64,000 nt of DNA, from the NCBI GenBank assembly GCA_963833575.1, contig CAWHXY010000004.1, forward strand, positions 160,001 through 224,000, written 5' to 3'. A program made the translations under genes and the position numbers. The notes beneath the pieces were generated by a model, which was not told where the DNA came from, ran no database searches, and saw nothing but the letters and a program-made list of their open reading frames with translations. This DNA comes from Candidatus Bathyarchaeota archaeon (GTDB lineage Archaea > Thermoproteota > Bathyarchaeia > Bathyarchaeales > Bathycorpusculaceae). Below, piece by piece: positions 10,086 through 20,335 of the stretch (positions within the stretch are counted from its first letter, which is position 1; each line of letters begins with the position of its first letter).

Positions 10086-12941
10086 ATGCAAAACTCAAAA
10101 AATAAAATGGTAATTATTTCGATTGCAATATTCCTAATGTTTTCAATGACAGCTTCAATGATGCTGCAGCCAAATGTTAATGCACACAGTCCTGCGTGGA
10201 CTATTACAGATCATGCTTACATTGCCCTTGCGCCTAACCCAATTGGGGTTGGCCAAACCATGGTTATTACTATTTGGACTGCTCAACCACTTGCAAATTC
10301 ACAGGTCACCAACAACATAAGAAAAGAAAACTACACCCTCACGATCACGGCACCTGACGGCACAAAAACCACACAAAGCTGGGCCGTAGTTGACAACACG
10401 GGCGGAGAACAAAGCACTACCTTCATACCGTCACAAGTTGGCAATTACACTGCAACATTCAATTTTGGAGGAATGACCTACCCATCACTATCACAAGTAA
10501 CTTCAACTATTGCTCTCACCGCAGCAAATAACGCTTCAATTAACGCTTATGCTGGAGACATTTTTACACCTGGAAGTGCAACCACAACATTCACCGTACA
10601 GCAACAACCATTACCTCAAACAGTCTATCCACTACCAACCAGCTACTGGGCGCGCCCAATAGAGGGTGAAAACATCTATTGGTACACAATTGGCTCAAAC
10701 TGGCTCGGTCCGTCATCTGCCCAACTTGGCTCAACCAATGAACCAGGTTACAACTGTTTCCAACCAGACGGCACAGCACCCAACAGCGGACACATACTAT
10801 GGACAAAACCCATTGAATTCGGCGGCGTCGTCGGCGGAAGCAACACAGTTGTCCCAGGAGCAACCTACTATTCAGGAAGCTCATACCAACCAAGATTCTA
10901 CAACGCAATAATCATGAACGGATACCTATACTTCAAAATGCCACTTAGCGATCAAGGCGGAATTACCACATTCACAAGCCCAACCGGTGCACTCATATCT
11001 GCCTATGGCGGAGCATACGTCTGCCTAGACTTACGCACTGGACAAACAGTTTGGACCAACAATAATGCAATATTCAACCCAACATGGGGACAACTATACA
11101 ATGAAATCGACCCTAACCAATCAGGCATCATCCCAAGCGGCTACCTTTGGCAAGCATTTACCTTAGCTAATGCAGTAACAAATGCACAAGGCAGCACAAC
11201 TCAAATGGCCAACGTAACATGGATAGCTTATGATGGATTCACTGGAAACTGGGTATACAACATAACCAACGTACCACAAACCATGAGCATTTATGGTCCA
11301 GGGGGCGCAATACAGCAAACACAAACAATAATGGCAGCTTATGATCAAGGCGGAGCATTAGATAGATACGTGTTAAACTATAATACAGCCACTCAAACTG
11401 GTTGGCTAGCACTATGGAACACTTCTCAGTTAGTTGTCAATCCTAACTCAGTAGGCAGTCCATACAGACCAGTAGGCAGATCAATCGACGGAAGCGTCCC
11501 AGGCGCATATAGCTGGAACGTAACAATAAACGCCAATTTGAACGGTCTTGTCATCAATTCAACCGCTCCTACGGGAGTTTCAACAGGTGCACCCACAATC
11601 AACGGAGTTATTATCGGTGATGTAATGTTTGGAACAAGCAGCGGCTTAACAGAATCCGTAGGACCACAGTACACACCAAACCCATTCACAATGTGGGCAA
11701 TAAATCTCAATGCATCCAGAGGCGCAGTAGGTTCAGCCTTATGGGTAAAAACCTATGCAGCACCAGACTTAATGACCAACAACAATAACTTAGGCAGCTA
11801 CACGCAAAGAGTCGTCGCAGTCGATCCAACAACACGCGTAGTCACAATGATGATCGGAGAAACCATGGAATGGCTAGGCTACAGTTTAGACACAGGAGCA
11901 CTCCTATGGGGCCCAACAACCACACAGTTCCCCGACGGCTATCAATATTTCGGCAGCGGACTAGGCATTGGACAAAACGCTATTGACGCATACGGCAAAA
12001 TCTATGTCCAGGGCTACGGTGGAGAAATTTGGTGTTATGATACATCAAATGGAAACCTGCTCTGGCAATATGGTAACGGTGGCGAAGGCAACAGCACTAA
12101 CGACGGAATTAATTCACCTTGGGGACTTTTACCCACTATGGTAACTGCAGTTGCAGATGGAAAAGTATACGGATACACTACCCAACATGGAAACGGCGCT
12201 CAATCACCATACTACGTAAACGAAATGGAATTCTGCCTTAACGCTACAACAGGACAGGAAATTTGGAACATGCTAGGTCAAAGTCCTAACGATGGAGGCC
12301 CAGGATACCCAGAAAACATTGTAGCAGACGGCACAATGGTCTACCAAAACATGTATGACAACCAAATCTATGCAGTCGCCCAAGGACCCAGCCAAACAAC
12401 AGTTAACGCACCTAACCCAGTTACAACCGTAGGCACACCAGTCGTAATCAGAGGAACAGTAATGGACATATCCGCAGGCACAAAACAAAACCAGCAAGCA
12501 GCACTCTTTCCAAGCGGTGTACCAGCAGTTTCCGATGTAAGCCAAAGCCAATGGATGGAATACGTCTACATGCAAAAGCCATTCCCAACCAACGCAACCG
12601 GAGTTCCAGTTGTCTTAAGTGTAATTGACTCAAATGGCAACCAAAGACAAATCGGCACAACCACAAGCGACACAAGCGGCATGTACACATTAACATGGAC
12701 ACCAGACATAGCAGGCAACTACACAGTCATCGCCAACTTTGCAGGCACAAAATCATACTACCCATCAAGCGCAGAAACATCATTCTATGCATCATCTGCC
12801 CCAGCACCAACAGCAACCCCGCAACCAGTAGCAGCACAAGCACCAGTCGGAATGTACATCACACTAGCAGTAGTCGCCATAATCATTGCAATAGCCATAG
12901 GCTTCGCAGTAACCATCATAACGCTCAAAAAAAGACCATAA
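10086..12941 (+). CDS. Secreted, membrane-anchored PQQ-like beta-propeller protein
   Basis: Signal peptide, PNPIGVGQ Ig-like start, YWARPI, repeated W-containing blades, C-terminal Ig-like domain, TM and KKRP tail. RBS AGGAG upstream. Confidence 0.9.
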   Translation: MQNSKNKMVIISIAIFLMFSMTASMMLQPNVNAHSPAWTITDHAYIALAPNPIGVGQTMVITIWTAQPLANSQVTNNIRKENYTLTITAPDGTKTTQSWAVVDNTGGEQSTTFIPSQVGNYTATFNFGGMTYPSLSQVTSTIALTAANNASINAYAGDIFTPGSATTTFTVQQQPLPQTVYPLPTSYWARPIEGENIYWYTIGSNWLGPSSAQLGSTNEPGYNCFQPDGTAPNSGHILWTKPIEFGGVVGGSNTVVPGATYYSGSSYQPRFYNAIIMNGYLYFKMPLSDQGGITTFTSPTGALISAYGGAYVCLDLRTGQTVWTNNNAIFNPTWGQLYNEIDPNQSGIIPSGYLWQAFTLANAVTNAQGSTTQMANVTWIAYDGFTGNWVYNITNVPQTMSIYGPGGAIQQTQTIMAAYDQGGALDRYVLNYNTATQTGWLALWNTSQLVVNPNSVGSPYRPVGRSIDGSVPGAYSWNVTINANLNGLVINSTAPTGVSTGAPTINGVIIGDVMFGTSSGLTESVGPQYTPNPFTMWAINLNASRGAVGSALWVKTYAAPDLMTNNNNLGSYTQRVVAVDPTTRVVTMMIGETMEWLGYSLDTGALLWGPTTTQFPDGYQYFGSGLGIGQNAIDAYGKIYVQGYGGEIWCYDTSNGNLLWQYGNGGEGNSTNDGINSPWGLLPTMVTAVADGKVYGYTTQHGNGAQSPYYVNEMEFCLNATTGQEIWNMLGQSPNDGGPGYPENIVADGTMVYQNMYDNQIYAVAQGPSQTTVNAPNPVTTVGTPVVIRGTVMDISAGTKQNQQAALFPSGVPAVSDVSQSQWMEYVYMQKPFPTNATGVPVVLSVIDSNGNQRQIGTTTSDTSGMYTLTWTPDIAGNYTVIANFAGTKSYYPSSAETSFYASSAPAPTATPQPVAAQAPVGMYITLAVVAIIIAIAIGFAVTIITLKKRP

Positions 12942-12965
12942 ACTAAAGCACACAAAAACAACTAT

Positions 12966-12980
12966 CTTTTTCTTTTTTTT
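12966..12980 (+). terminator. Oligo-T archaeal terminator
   Basis: CTTTTTCTTTTTTTT ~25 nt after the stop at 12941. Confidence 0.6.
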
Positions 12981-13178
12981 AGTTCTATTTTTCAGCTCTG
13001 CTATTTTGATTTCTCCTTTTGAAAAGCCTTAACATCTTTTTGTAAACGATTAATAGTGGCTAAAGTTGTAGCTATCATAATTGAAGGCAAAACGATCCTT
13101 GTTGAGTTGTGGAATTGAAGGAGTTGTTGGTACGGGTGGAGTTTATATAAAAAAATGTAATTATTTGGCATTTTGGGG

Positions 13179-13982
13179 TTAGAAGAGTTCGTCGGTTGCG
13201 TAGGTGGGCTTATTGCATGTGGGGCATTTCTCGTCTGTTGTCTGGATGCGGTTTCCGCAGTGTGGGCAGGCGTGGTTCTTTTTGTTTGCATGTAGACCTT
13301 GCAGCTCTTTGACTATTTTTCCGTCTTTGAGAAGAAGCATTCGTTCAGTATTTCGCGCAGCTTGACTATCATGCGTAACCATAATTATAGTTGTGCCTTG
13401 AGTGACGTTGAGGTTTGCGAGCAATTTTATTATTCCATTCTTGTTTTGGCTATCTAAGTTTCCTGTAGGTTCATCAGCAAGAATTATAGCAGGATCGTTT
13501 GCTAAGGCTCGGGCAATTGCTACTCTTTGCTGCTCTCCAGCGCTGAGGCGTTGTGGCCTATGTTCTTCTCTACCTGAAAGATCAACCATAGCTAGTAGTT
13601 CACTTGCGCGTTTCTTTTGTTCGGCCTTTGATTTGCCTCGTCCTTCCATGGGTAATTCGACATTTTCTCTAGCATTTAGGTATGGCAGCAGATTGAAGGT
13701 TTGGAACACAAAGCCCATCTTGTCTCTTCTAATCTTGTAGAGCTGGTTTTCTGGGAGCTCTGTGGCATCAATGCCGTCTAGCAGAAGTTTACCTTTAGTT
13801 GGTTTATCAATGCAACCAATAACATTTAGCAATGTAGTTTTGCCTGAACCTGAGGGACCCATGATAGAGACAAACTCGCCTGCGTTTACAGTGAGATTCA
13901 GATTTGCCAAGGCTGGAACTTCGCGTTTGCCAAGAGTGTAGGTTTTGCCCAGGTTTTCTAGTTGCAATACTGGTTTACTCAT
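13179..13982 (-). CDS. ABC transporter ATP-binding protein (LolD/MacB type) with C-terminal zinc ribbon
   Basis: GPSGSGKT, LSAGEQQRVAIARAL, ILADEPTGNLD; tail CPHC..CPTC. Confidence 0.92.
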   Translation of the reverse strand: MSKPVLQLENLGKTYTLGKREVPALANLNLTVNAGEFVSIMGPSGSGKTTLLNVIGCIDKPTKGKLLLDGIDATELPENQLYKIRRDKMGFVFQTFNLLPYLNARENVELPMEGRGKSKAEQKKRASELLAMVDLSGREEHRPQRLSAGEQQRVAIARALANDPAIILADEPTGNLDSQNKNGIIKLLANLNVTQGTTIIMVTHDSQAARNTERMLLLKDGKIVKELQGLHANKKNHACPHCGNRIQTTDEKCPTCNKPTYATDELF

Positions 13983-15470
13983 ATTTCATCGCCTCTGCTG
14001 GTCTTATTTTTGCTGCTCTCCATGCAGGATACAAACTGCCTAACGTCCCAAGCAAGACAGCAATGCCGAAACCCAGAAGTACGAGCTCAGGAGTCAACGT
14101 TGCCACTGCTAATGCGCCGAATCTGGTGGTGCCTGCAAGCGCGGGACCAGCTGCTCCGACCGTTGACCTAACGCCTACGCTTGGAAGCAGAAGTGATGTA
14201 ATTGTGGGTGCTGCGATACTCCCTACTGCAATACCAACCGCGCCTGCAATAACGCTTAGGAACACGCCTTCAAGCATAAATTGGCTCATCACTGTAGAAT
14301 TGCTAAAGCCTATTGCTTTGAGCGTACCGATCTCTTTAGTTCTCTCCTTAACAGTATATAACATGACAAATAGCACTATCAGACTTGTTGCTGCAACCAC
14401 TACGATGATTTCTTCGATTGCAGTTGAATATGTTTGATTATTAGCTGTTTGGGCACTTGCCAATTCTGTACTGTAAGTTGATTGCAATGTTTGAAGCTGA
14501 CTTAAACGAGTTTGATCAGTAGTAACGGTAAGCTCTGGATGCAACGAACTTATGGAGGTAGCTACCTGCGAAACGACACCGCTGCTTTGGGCAAAAACTG
14601 CGAGGCTTGTTATGTATCCAGTATTGTTAGTTATTGTTTGAGCGTCGGATAGATTCATGAATAATGTTTGCGTGGTCGAAACTGAGGATGGACTATAGAT
14701 GCCCACCACTGTAAAGGTTTGATTCAAAATGGTGACTGTGTCGCCTACTCCTGCTTTGAAGTAAGCTGAGTTGTTTTCGCTAAGCAAGACAACTCCGCTG
14801 TCTCCTGCTTCTAAGTTGCGTCCAGCTGTTATGTTTGTTGCCAACACAGGATAGTTGTTTATCAAATCAGAAGTTAACGGGATGCCTTCAATAGTGTATT
14901 GAACATCTAGACGTGTGATGTTTTGTGTGTATCCGTTAAATGACAAGCTTGCGTTACATTTTGTCCTTCAGATGCTTGAAGTATAGGTTCAACGGCTGCG
15001 ATTCCAGAAATAGTGGTATTGATGTCAGTGTATAGGCTCTCGTTCATGGGGCTTGATTCGCCACCATTAAATGCACTACCGCCAAATTGACCTGGTGTAC
15101 CGCCGCCTCCAAACTGGGGAGGTGTACCGCCGCTACTTGATGTACTGCTACCGGTTTGAGGAGGCACACTGCCGCCACTGCTAGATGTGCTACCACTCGA
15201 CGTGGTACTAGGCGGGGTAAAACCGAAACCTGAAAAGCTCGATGCAAGATTGCAATCTATTTGTGTTGATGTCTGGTTAATTGATGCGCTGGTTTGACTA
15301 ATAACATTACTCAAGTTTGATTCTGCCGCGGTTGATGCCTGTTGATTAGCCATAACGCCTGCAGGAATTGAAATCATGATTGCCATGGAAAAACCCAATG
15401 CGATAATTACTAGTAATGCACGAATTTTCCTTCTGGAAATATTTTTTACTGCTCTACTTACGATTCCCAT
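13975..15470 (-). pseudogene. FtsX/MacB-type ABC permease split by a 1-nt frameshift near 14950
   Basis: N-half (RRKIRALLVIIAL) and C-half (ERTKEIGTLKAIG, YPAWRAAKIRPAEAMKYE) join if one A is restored: ACG CAA (A)GC TTG TCA TTT. Confidence 0.8.
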
Positions 15471-15844
15471 ATTTCATACCTTTTTCCTAATATCTTCATT
15501 TATCAGAAGACTATCAAAAAGAGAACTGAAATGACTTTATTTTTGTTAGCCATTGATCTTATGGCCCATATTTTCGTTTTCTGTTCTCTTTTTGGTGCCT
15601 TTCTCTTCATTTCGCTTAGGAGCGATAAAACAATTTTTCAAAATTCCATCCACATCTAATCCACATCTGTACCAAACAAAGACCAAATCTCATTCATTCC
15701 TTACCTTGCTTACCGATTTTCTGCCGACAATCGTTCCGGACCCAAAGCGAGCCAAAGATCTTTGTGCTAAAGAATTATCAAAATCATTTGGGTAATTGCT
15801 TAAATTAAGAATTAGCATATTTTCTTCAGTTGAGACGGGCTTGA

Positions 15845-16153
15845 ATGGCTGTTAATGTGCGCCAATTCAAATATCTACTCGGATGGCTGATCGCGGGATC
15901 AAAAGGCGGTCCGATGCGAGCCAAAATGGTTGAAATCTTAAAAGATACTCCGCAAAACGCAAATCAGCTAGCTACTCTGCTTGAAGTTGATTACAAAACT
16001 ATACGGCATCACGTTGAAATTCTTGAAAAGAACAACATGATTACAGCAGGAGGAACTGGAGCAGGATATGGAACTACATACTTTCTGTCACCTGCGTTAG
16101 AGGAGAATTACGCATTGTTTGAAGATATTAGGAAGAGAATGTGGAAAAAGTAG
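15845..16153 (+). CDS. ArsR-like winged-helix transcriptional regulator
   Basis: WLIAGSKGGPMRAKM, PQNANQLA..L.VDYKTIRHHV.IL. Confidence 0.85.
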   Translation: MAVNVRQFKYLLGWLIAGSKGGPMRAKMVEILKDTPQNANQLATLLEVDYKTIRHHVEILEKNNMITAGGTGAGYGTTYFLSPALEENYALFEDIRKRMWKK

Positions 16154-16171
16154 AAAAGAGGGAAAGACAAA

Positions 16172-16615
16172 ATGGAGAAACGTATGAGCAAAAATTTGAA
16201 AATAGTATTAATCACAGTCATCTTGATATTAGTGGCTTTGGCTGCAGCCCTTTTGGCTACCTACGCGTTTAGTCAACCATTTAACCCTTTAAGACCAATT
16301 CCGCCTCCACCAGCCGGTAACCCTGGCGACCTTCAGGTATTTTACATGTCAGAAGCAGTAGTTTCCACCCTCAACATGATGCTGCTTGTTCTACTTCTCG
16401 TTACAAGCGCCGACATATTTAGGAAAACAAGATCCAAATTCACCTTTGGACTACTAATTCTGGCAGCAGCTTTCCTTGTTAACGTCACGATATCCAATCC
16501 CTTAGTGATTTGGGCGTTCGGTTACCACCAAATAGGTCTAGGTCCATTCGCGTTGTTGCCGGACTTATTCGAGTTAGTAGTTTTGTGCGTACTGTTGTAC
16601 CTCAGCTTCGAATAA
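16172..16615 (+). CDS. Membrane protein co-transcribed with the ArsR-like regulator
   Basis: About 4 TM segments; 18 nt downstream of the regulator. Confidence 0.75.
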   Translation: MEKRMSKNLKIVLITVILILVALAAALLATYAFSQPFNPLRPIPPPPAGNPGDLQVFYMSEAVVSTLNMMLLVLLLVTSADIFRKTRSKFTFGLLILAAAFLVNVTISNPLVIWAFGYHQIGLGPFALLPDLFELVVLCVLLYLSFE

Positions 16616-16972
16616 TGGAATATTCTTTTCCCTATTTCTAATGAAACCGATTGCTTTGGAGATTTAGAAACTTAATTTTCAGAAGCTTTTGTTATAATCT
16701 GTGTCTATACAGTCAAAACTTCTTGAAGTTGTGCCGTTTGCCTTTTGCCCTTCTGAATCTGGATCAACGGAAATAGTCACTACTGTCTGTGACGTTTGGG
16801 AGCACTCAACATTTGTCAGCAGTCAGTCAATTGTAAAACATTTGAGTTAATTGTTGTTGAATTTGGAGTTGATTTGGGATTTATTTAGAAGAGAGTTGGC
16901 TTCAATTTTGAAAAATCCGTTAATAACGGATTGAGTAAGTGTGTTTTCAAGATAAAAGGAGGTGGAAAAAAA

Positions 16973-17524
16973 ATGGAAAGAAAAACCGTTGCGTTGGCGC
17001 TACTTCTAATAACAGCATGCGCCGCAATCATTGGAGGCTTCGTAATGACAGCACACGCAAGTGACACAAATTCAACCACAACTTCAAGCACGAATTCCAC
17101 AACAGGAGCAATCTCGGACAGTAACGCAACAAACCCGCAGCTATGGGGAATGAGCGGCATCAGTCCAGGTGATCAGGGATTCGACGGAGCAATGGGACAG
17201 GGAATGAGTCATGGAGGATTCATGGGCGGCATGAACAACCTTGAAGTTACCTCAGAATACACAGCCAACGTAACTGCAGTACTCAACGCAGACACAGACA
17301 TAGCGAACCTAATTGCACAAGGCTACAACGTAACATCAATCAACCCAATAGTTAAAGACGTCATCCAAGGCGACGGAACAATCGCCACTCAAGCAACCAC
17401 AGCAATAGTTACACTGCAAAACGGCACATCAAGCTATGCAACAGCCAACGTGGACCTATCACAAGCTAAAGTTACACAAATAGTCATCATCACACGAACA
17501 GTAATTGACAAATCCACAACCTAA
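16973..17524 (+). CDS. Secreted/anchored Ser/Thr/Gly-rich hypothetical protein
   Basis: GGAGGTG RBS before ATG 16973; N-terminal hydrophobic signal. Confidence 0.8.
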   Translation: MERKTVALALLLITACAAIIGGFVMTAHASDTNSTTTSSTNSTTGAISDSNATNPQLWGMSGISPGDQGFDGAMGQGMSHGGFMGGMNNLEVTSEYTANVTAVLNADTDIANLIAQGYNVTSINPIVKDVIQGDGTIATQATTAIVTLQNGTSSYATANVDLSQAKVTQIVIITRTVIDKSTT

Positions 17525-17631
17525 GACAAAAAAAGGCATGCAACAACACGGGGAAAGCTCCGTAGCTCTCCCTCACTCCACGATTCTTGCCCGTTAACAC
17601 TAAAAAATCACATAAACGAAGCAAAAAAATT

Positions 17632-17742
17632 GGGGGCTGAGTAGGTTCTGGTTAAATTCACGATTCATGGCATAGGCTCGTGAAAAAAGAAATTTGCATT
17701 TTTTCTTTTTCTCCTAAGTTTTTCCAGATCTTCAGCAAACCC
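17632..17742. ncRNA. Structured intergenic repeat, copy A (candidate ncRNA)
   Basis: Diverged, inverted homolog of the copies at 46419 and 50745. Outer stem GCTGAG..GGTTCTGG / CCAGA..TCAGC; inner hairpin TTCACGA/TCGTGAA. Confidence 0.6.
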
Positions 17743-17877
17743 TAAATTTTTTCAGTCTTAGCAAGAAGGTGGCCTCAATCTTTGAGGATTCGCTTAAGTA
17801 AACAAGAGACCTCCATCGGAACAGATATTTAGAAATAGAGGGCGATGATTTGATGAAAAATTGTTGACATATTTATT

Positions 17878-18663
17878 GTGGAACTTGAATCTGTTTTAGC
17901 GAGTGTGAAAATCGTGGGAAACAAAGCTGTTCTTTATGTTGAGAAGCTGAAATCGCTAAAGGATTGGGATAGTTTTCTTATGAAAGAGTCTGGTTTACCT
18001 GGACCCAGAGGGAATCTTGAATTAGCGCAAGCGTTCGCTGACATCGCAACAGAAAGCCGAATCCAGAAATATATCTCCATGAAGCCAGATCAGGCTCCTG
18101 AGAATACCCCTGAGGTTTTCTTGACATTTTGTGGTGTCGTGGGCCTCGGAACTTTAGTCAACAACGGCAAGATAAACTACCTAAAACAGCTTCGATGTTT
18201 TGCTTCAGATCACCGTTGGAGAATCCGAGAAGCCGTAGCAATAGCACTCCAGAGAATTGGCGACAAAGACGTTACTTTTCTGCTAAAAGAAATGAAGGAT
18301 TGGAGCAAAGGGAATCTCTTTGAAAAAAGAGCAGCCATAGCTGCACTCTGCGAACCCAGACTACTTGACTCAGATGAAGTAACAAGCACAGTTCTGGACA
18401 TTCTAGAAGACGTAACCTCATCAATCGCGAGCTCAACGGAATCCAAAAGCGAAGCATCTGAAGTACTCAAAAAAGGACTCGCCTACTGCTGGAGCGTCGC
18501 AATAGCAGCATACCCAGAAAAAGGCAAAAAAGTCTTCGAGAAATGGGTAGGAAGCAAAAACAAAGAAATCGTCTGGATAATGAAGGAGAACCTCAAAAAG
18601 AACAGACTCCTGAAAACAGACAAAGAATGGGTTTTGAAACAAATGGTAAAAATGGGTTTGTAG
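17878..18663 (+). CDS. HEAT-repeat protein (DNA alkylation repair AlkD-like fold)
   Basis: SGLPGPRGNLEL, ASDHRWRIREAVA.ALQ, WIMKENLKKNRL. Confidence 0.65.
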   Translation: MELESVLASVKIVGNKAVLYVEKLKSLKDWDSFLMKESGLPGPRGNLELAQAFADIATESRIQKYISMKPDQAPENTPEVFLTFCGVVGLGTLVNNGKINYLKQLRCFASDHRWRIREAVAIALQRIGDKDVTFLLKEMKDWSKGNLFEKRAAIAALCEPRLLDSDEVTSTVLDILEDVTSSIASSTESKSEASEVLKKGLAYCWSVAIAAYPEKGKKVFEKWVGSKNKEIVWIMKENLKKNRLLKTDKEWVLKQMVKMGL

Positions 18664-18697
18664 TTTCTGTTTATTGCTAGATTAGCTACTCAATTCT

Positions 18698-19630
18698 TCA
18701 GACAATTACTGGCGCGTTTGCTTTCTTTTTGGTAATCTGCTCTATTTTTATAAGGATTACGCTTAAGATTGCAATGGCTGCTGCTCCTAGAATTAGCAGT
18801 TGCCAGTTTTCAAAAATTGCTTTAAGATTATCTAATATTTCGATACGGTACAGGACGATCCAGGCGCCAAAGCTCACAAGTCCCGCTATGAACAGAGGCA
18901 TTTTATAGATGTCTTTGTGCTGAATCATCGTCTTAGGTATCACTTTGAGCGGTACCTTTCGGTCTCTACGATCTAGTTCACCTGCAAAATATACGAGACC
19001 AAAGAAAGTAAAAGCCGCTATGAACGGATAATAAAATGTTAGAGGTTGATTGAAAACTCCATAATTCTTGAATCCGGGTGCCGCCAACCATATTATTGCG
19101 AGAGCAATGGATCCAAATAGGAAGCCCCGATCCAAAAGGCAAGCGTTGAGTGCAAATCCATACACCCGTCTCCAAGGAGTAGGATCTTCGCCTTGCAAGC
19201 GCAGGTCTGGATCTGCCTGCTCAACTATTCCCTTGTCATCTTCTTGGTAGAAGTAGATTTTTCCCGGCTCAACATTTAGCTGAGCCTTTCCATCGACATC
19301 TATTGTGCCACGCTTGACAATTCGCGTAAGCGGATAGAACCATTCGCAACCTCTATCTTTCACCGTTGTAAATGAATCTTGTAGCGAATGAAGAAAAATG
19401 CCCAACGCGAAAAACGGGCTTATCAGGTAACCTGCCGCCATTACAAAAACATTATGAAATCTGGCTCTATGAGGTTGTTCATCCCGATATTTATTTTCGC
19501 GAACAAACCAGTATTCTCTGTCCAAATCATTAACCAAAGCTCCTAAGGTTACTAGAAGTGCAGCTGTGGGATTCGCAAAAAAGATTAATCCAATTGCAAA
19601 AGCAAAAACAGCATGAGTTGTTAATTGCAA
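18698..19630 (-). CDS. Membrane-bound metal-dependent hydrolase (YdjM-like)
   Basis: TTH, NDLD, HRARFH, HSLQD..T motifs plus TM helices. Confidence 0.75.
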   Translation of the reverse strand: MQLTTHAVFAFAIGLIFFANPTAALLVTLGALVNDLDREYWFVRENKYRDEQPHRARFHNVFVMAAGYLISPFFALGIFLHSLQDSFTTVKDRGCEWFYPLTRIVKRGTIDVDGKAQLNVEPGKIYFYQEDDKGIVEQADPDLRLQGEDPTPWRRVYGFALNACLLDRGFLFGSIALAIIWLAAPGFKNYGVFNQPLTFYYPFIAAFTFFGLVYFAGELDRRDRKVPLKVIPKTMIQHKDIYKMPLFIAGLVSFGAWIVLYRIEILDNLKAIFENWQLLILGAAAIAILSVILIKIEQITKKKANAPVIV

Positions 19631-19848
19631 GGTTTATCCTCGTATGTGCTCTAATAGTTGCTATTGTTTATCAAGTTATCGGGTGTCTGAACTGTCATTA
19701 AACTCTGAAAGTAAGAGGCCATAGTTACCTAATAATTCCGCTATAATGAACAACGTAATTATATAACAAGAAAAATAGCCTAGTTAATTTTCAGTATTTC
19801 CATGCACCCATTTAAAAGATAAATAATTGTCTTAGCTTCTTATCAAGG

Positions 19849-20313
19849 TTGATTTTTATGGCAGCTCCTGACGATTTGAAAGACATTCTTGACTCCAACG
19901 AAACCGTTGAACTATACATTAAACAAAAATTTTATCATCTTGTAATTGACATAGACTCGGTTGTTATAACCAACAAAAGAGTAATTTTACGTCATCCCCA
20001 TGCATTGAGGCTAAAAAAAGATTACACCGAATACAACTACCTAGACTTTGAAAACGTAATCTTAGACAAAGGAACAGTGCGTTCCACAATAAGATGCACT
20101 TTCAAGTTCAAAGTGGCGCCACTTGTGCTAAGTGATGTACCCAAAGACGACGCAGAAAAAGCCTACAGAATAATCAGAGACAACATCAGCAACGCTCAAA
20201 CTCAGGCATTAATAGAAGAAACAACTCCACCAATGATAATCTGTTCATACTGTGGAACCAAAAATACACCAGATGCTTCCAAATGCATTAACTGTGGAGC
20301 AACCTTAACATAG
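19849..20313 (+). CDS. Bacterial-type PH domain protein with C-terminal zinc ribbon
   Basis: VVITNKRVI PH motif; CSYC..CINC. Confidence 0.8.
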   Translation: MIFMAAPDDLKDILDSNETVELYIKQKFYHLVIDIDSVVITNKRVILRHPHALRLKKDYTEYNYLDFENVILDKGTVRSTIRCTFKFKVAPLVLSDVPKDDAEKAYRIIRDNISNAQTQALIEETTPPMIICSYCGTKNTPDASKCINCGATLT

Positions 20314-20335
20314 AGAAACACTCGTGCTTTCCAAA

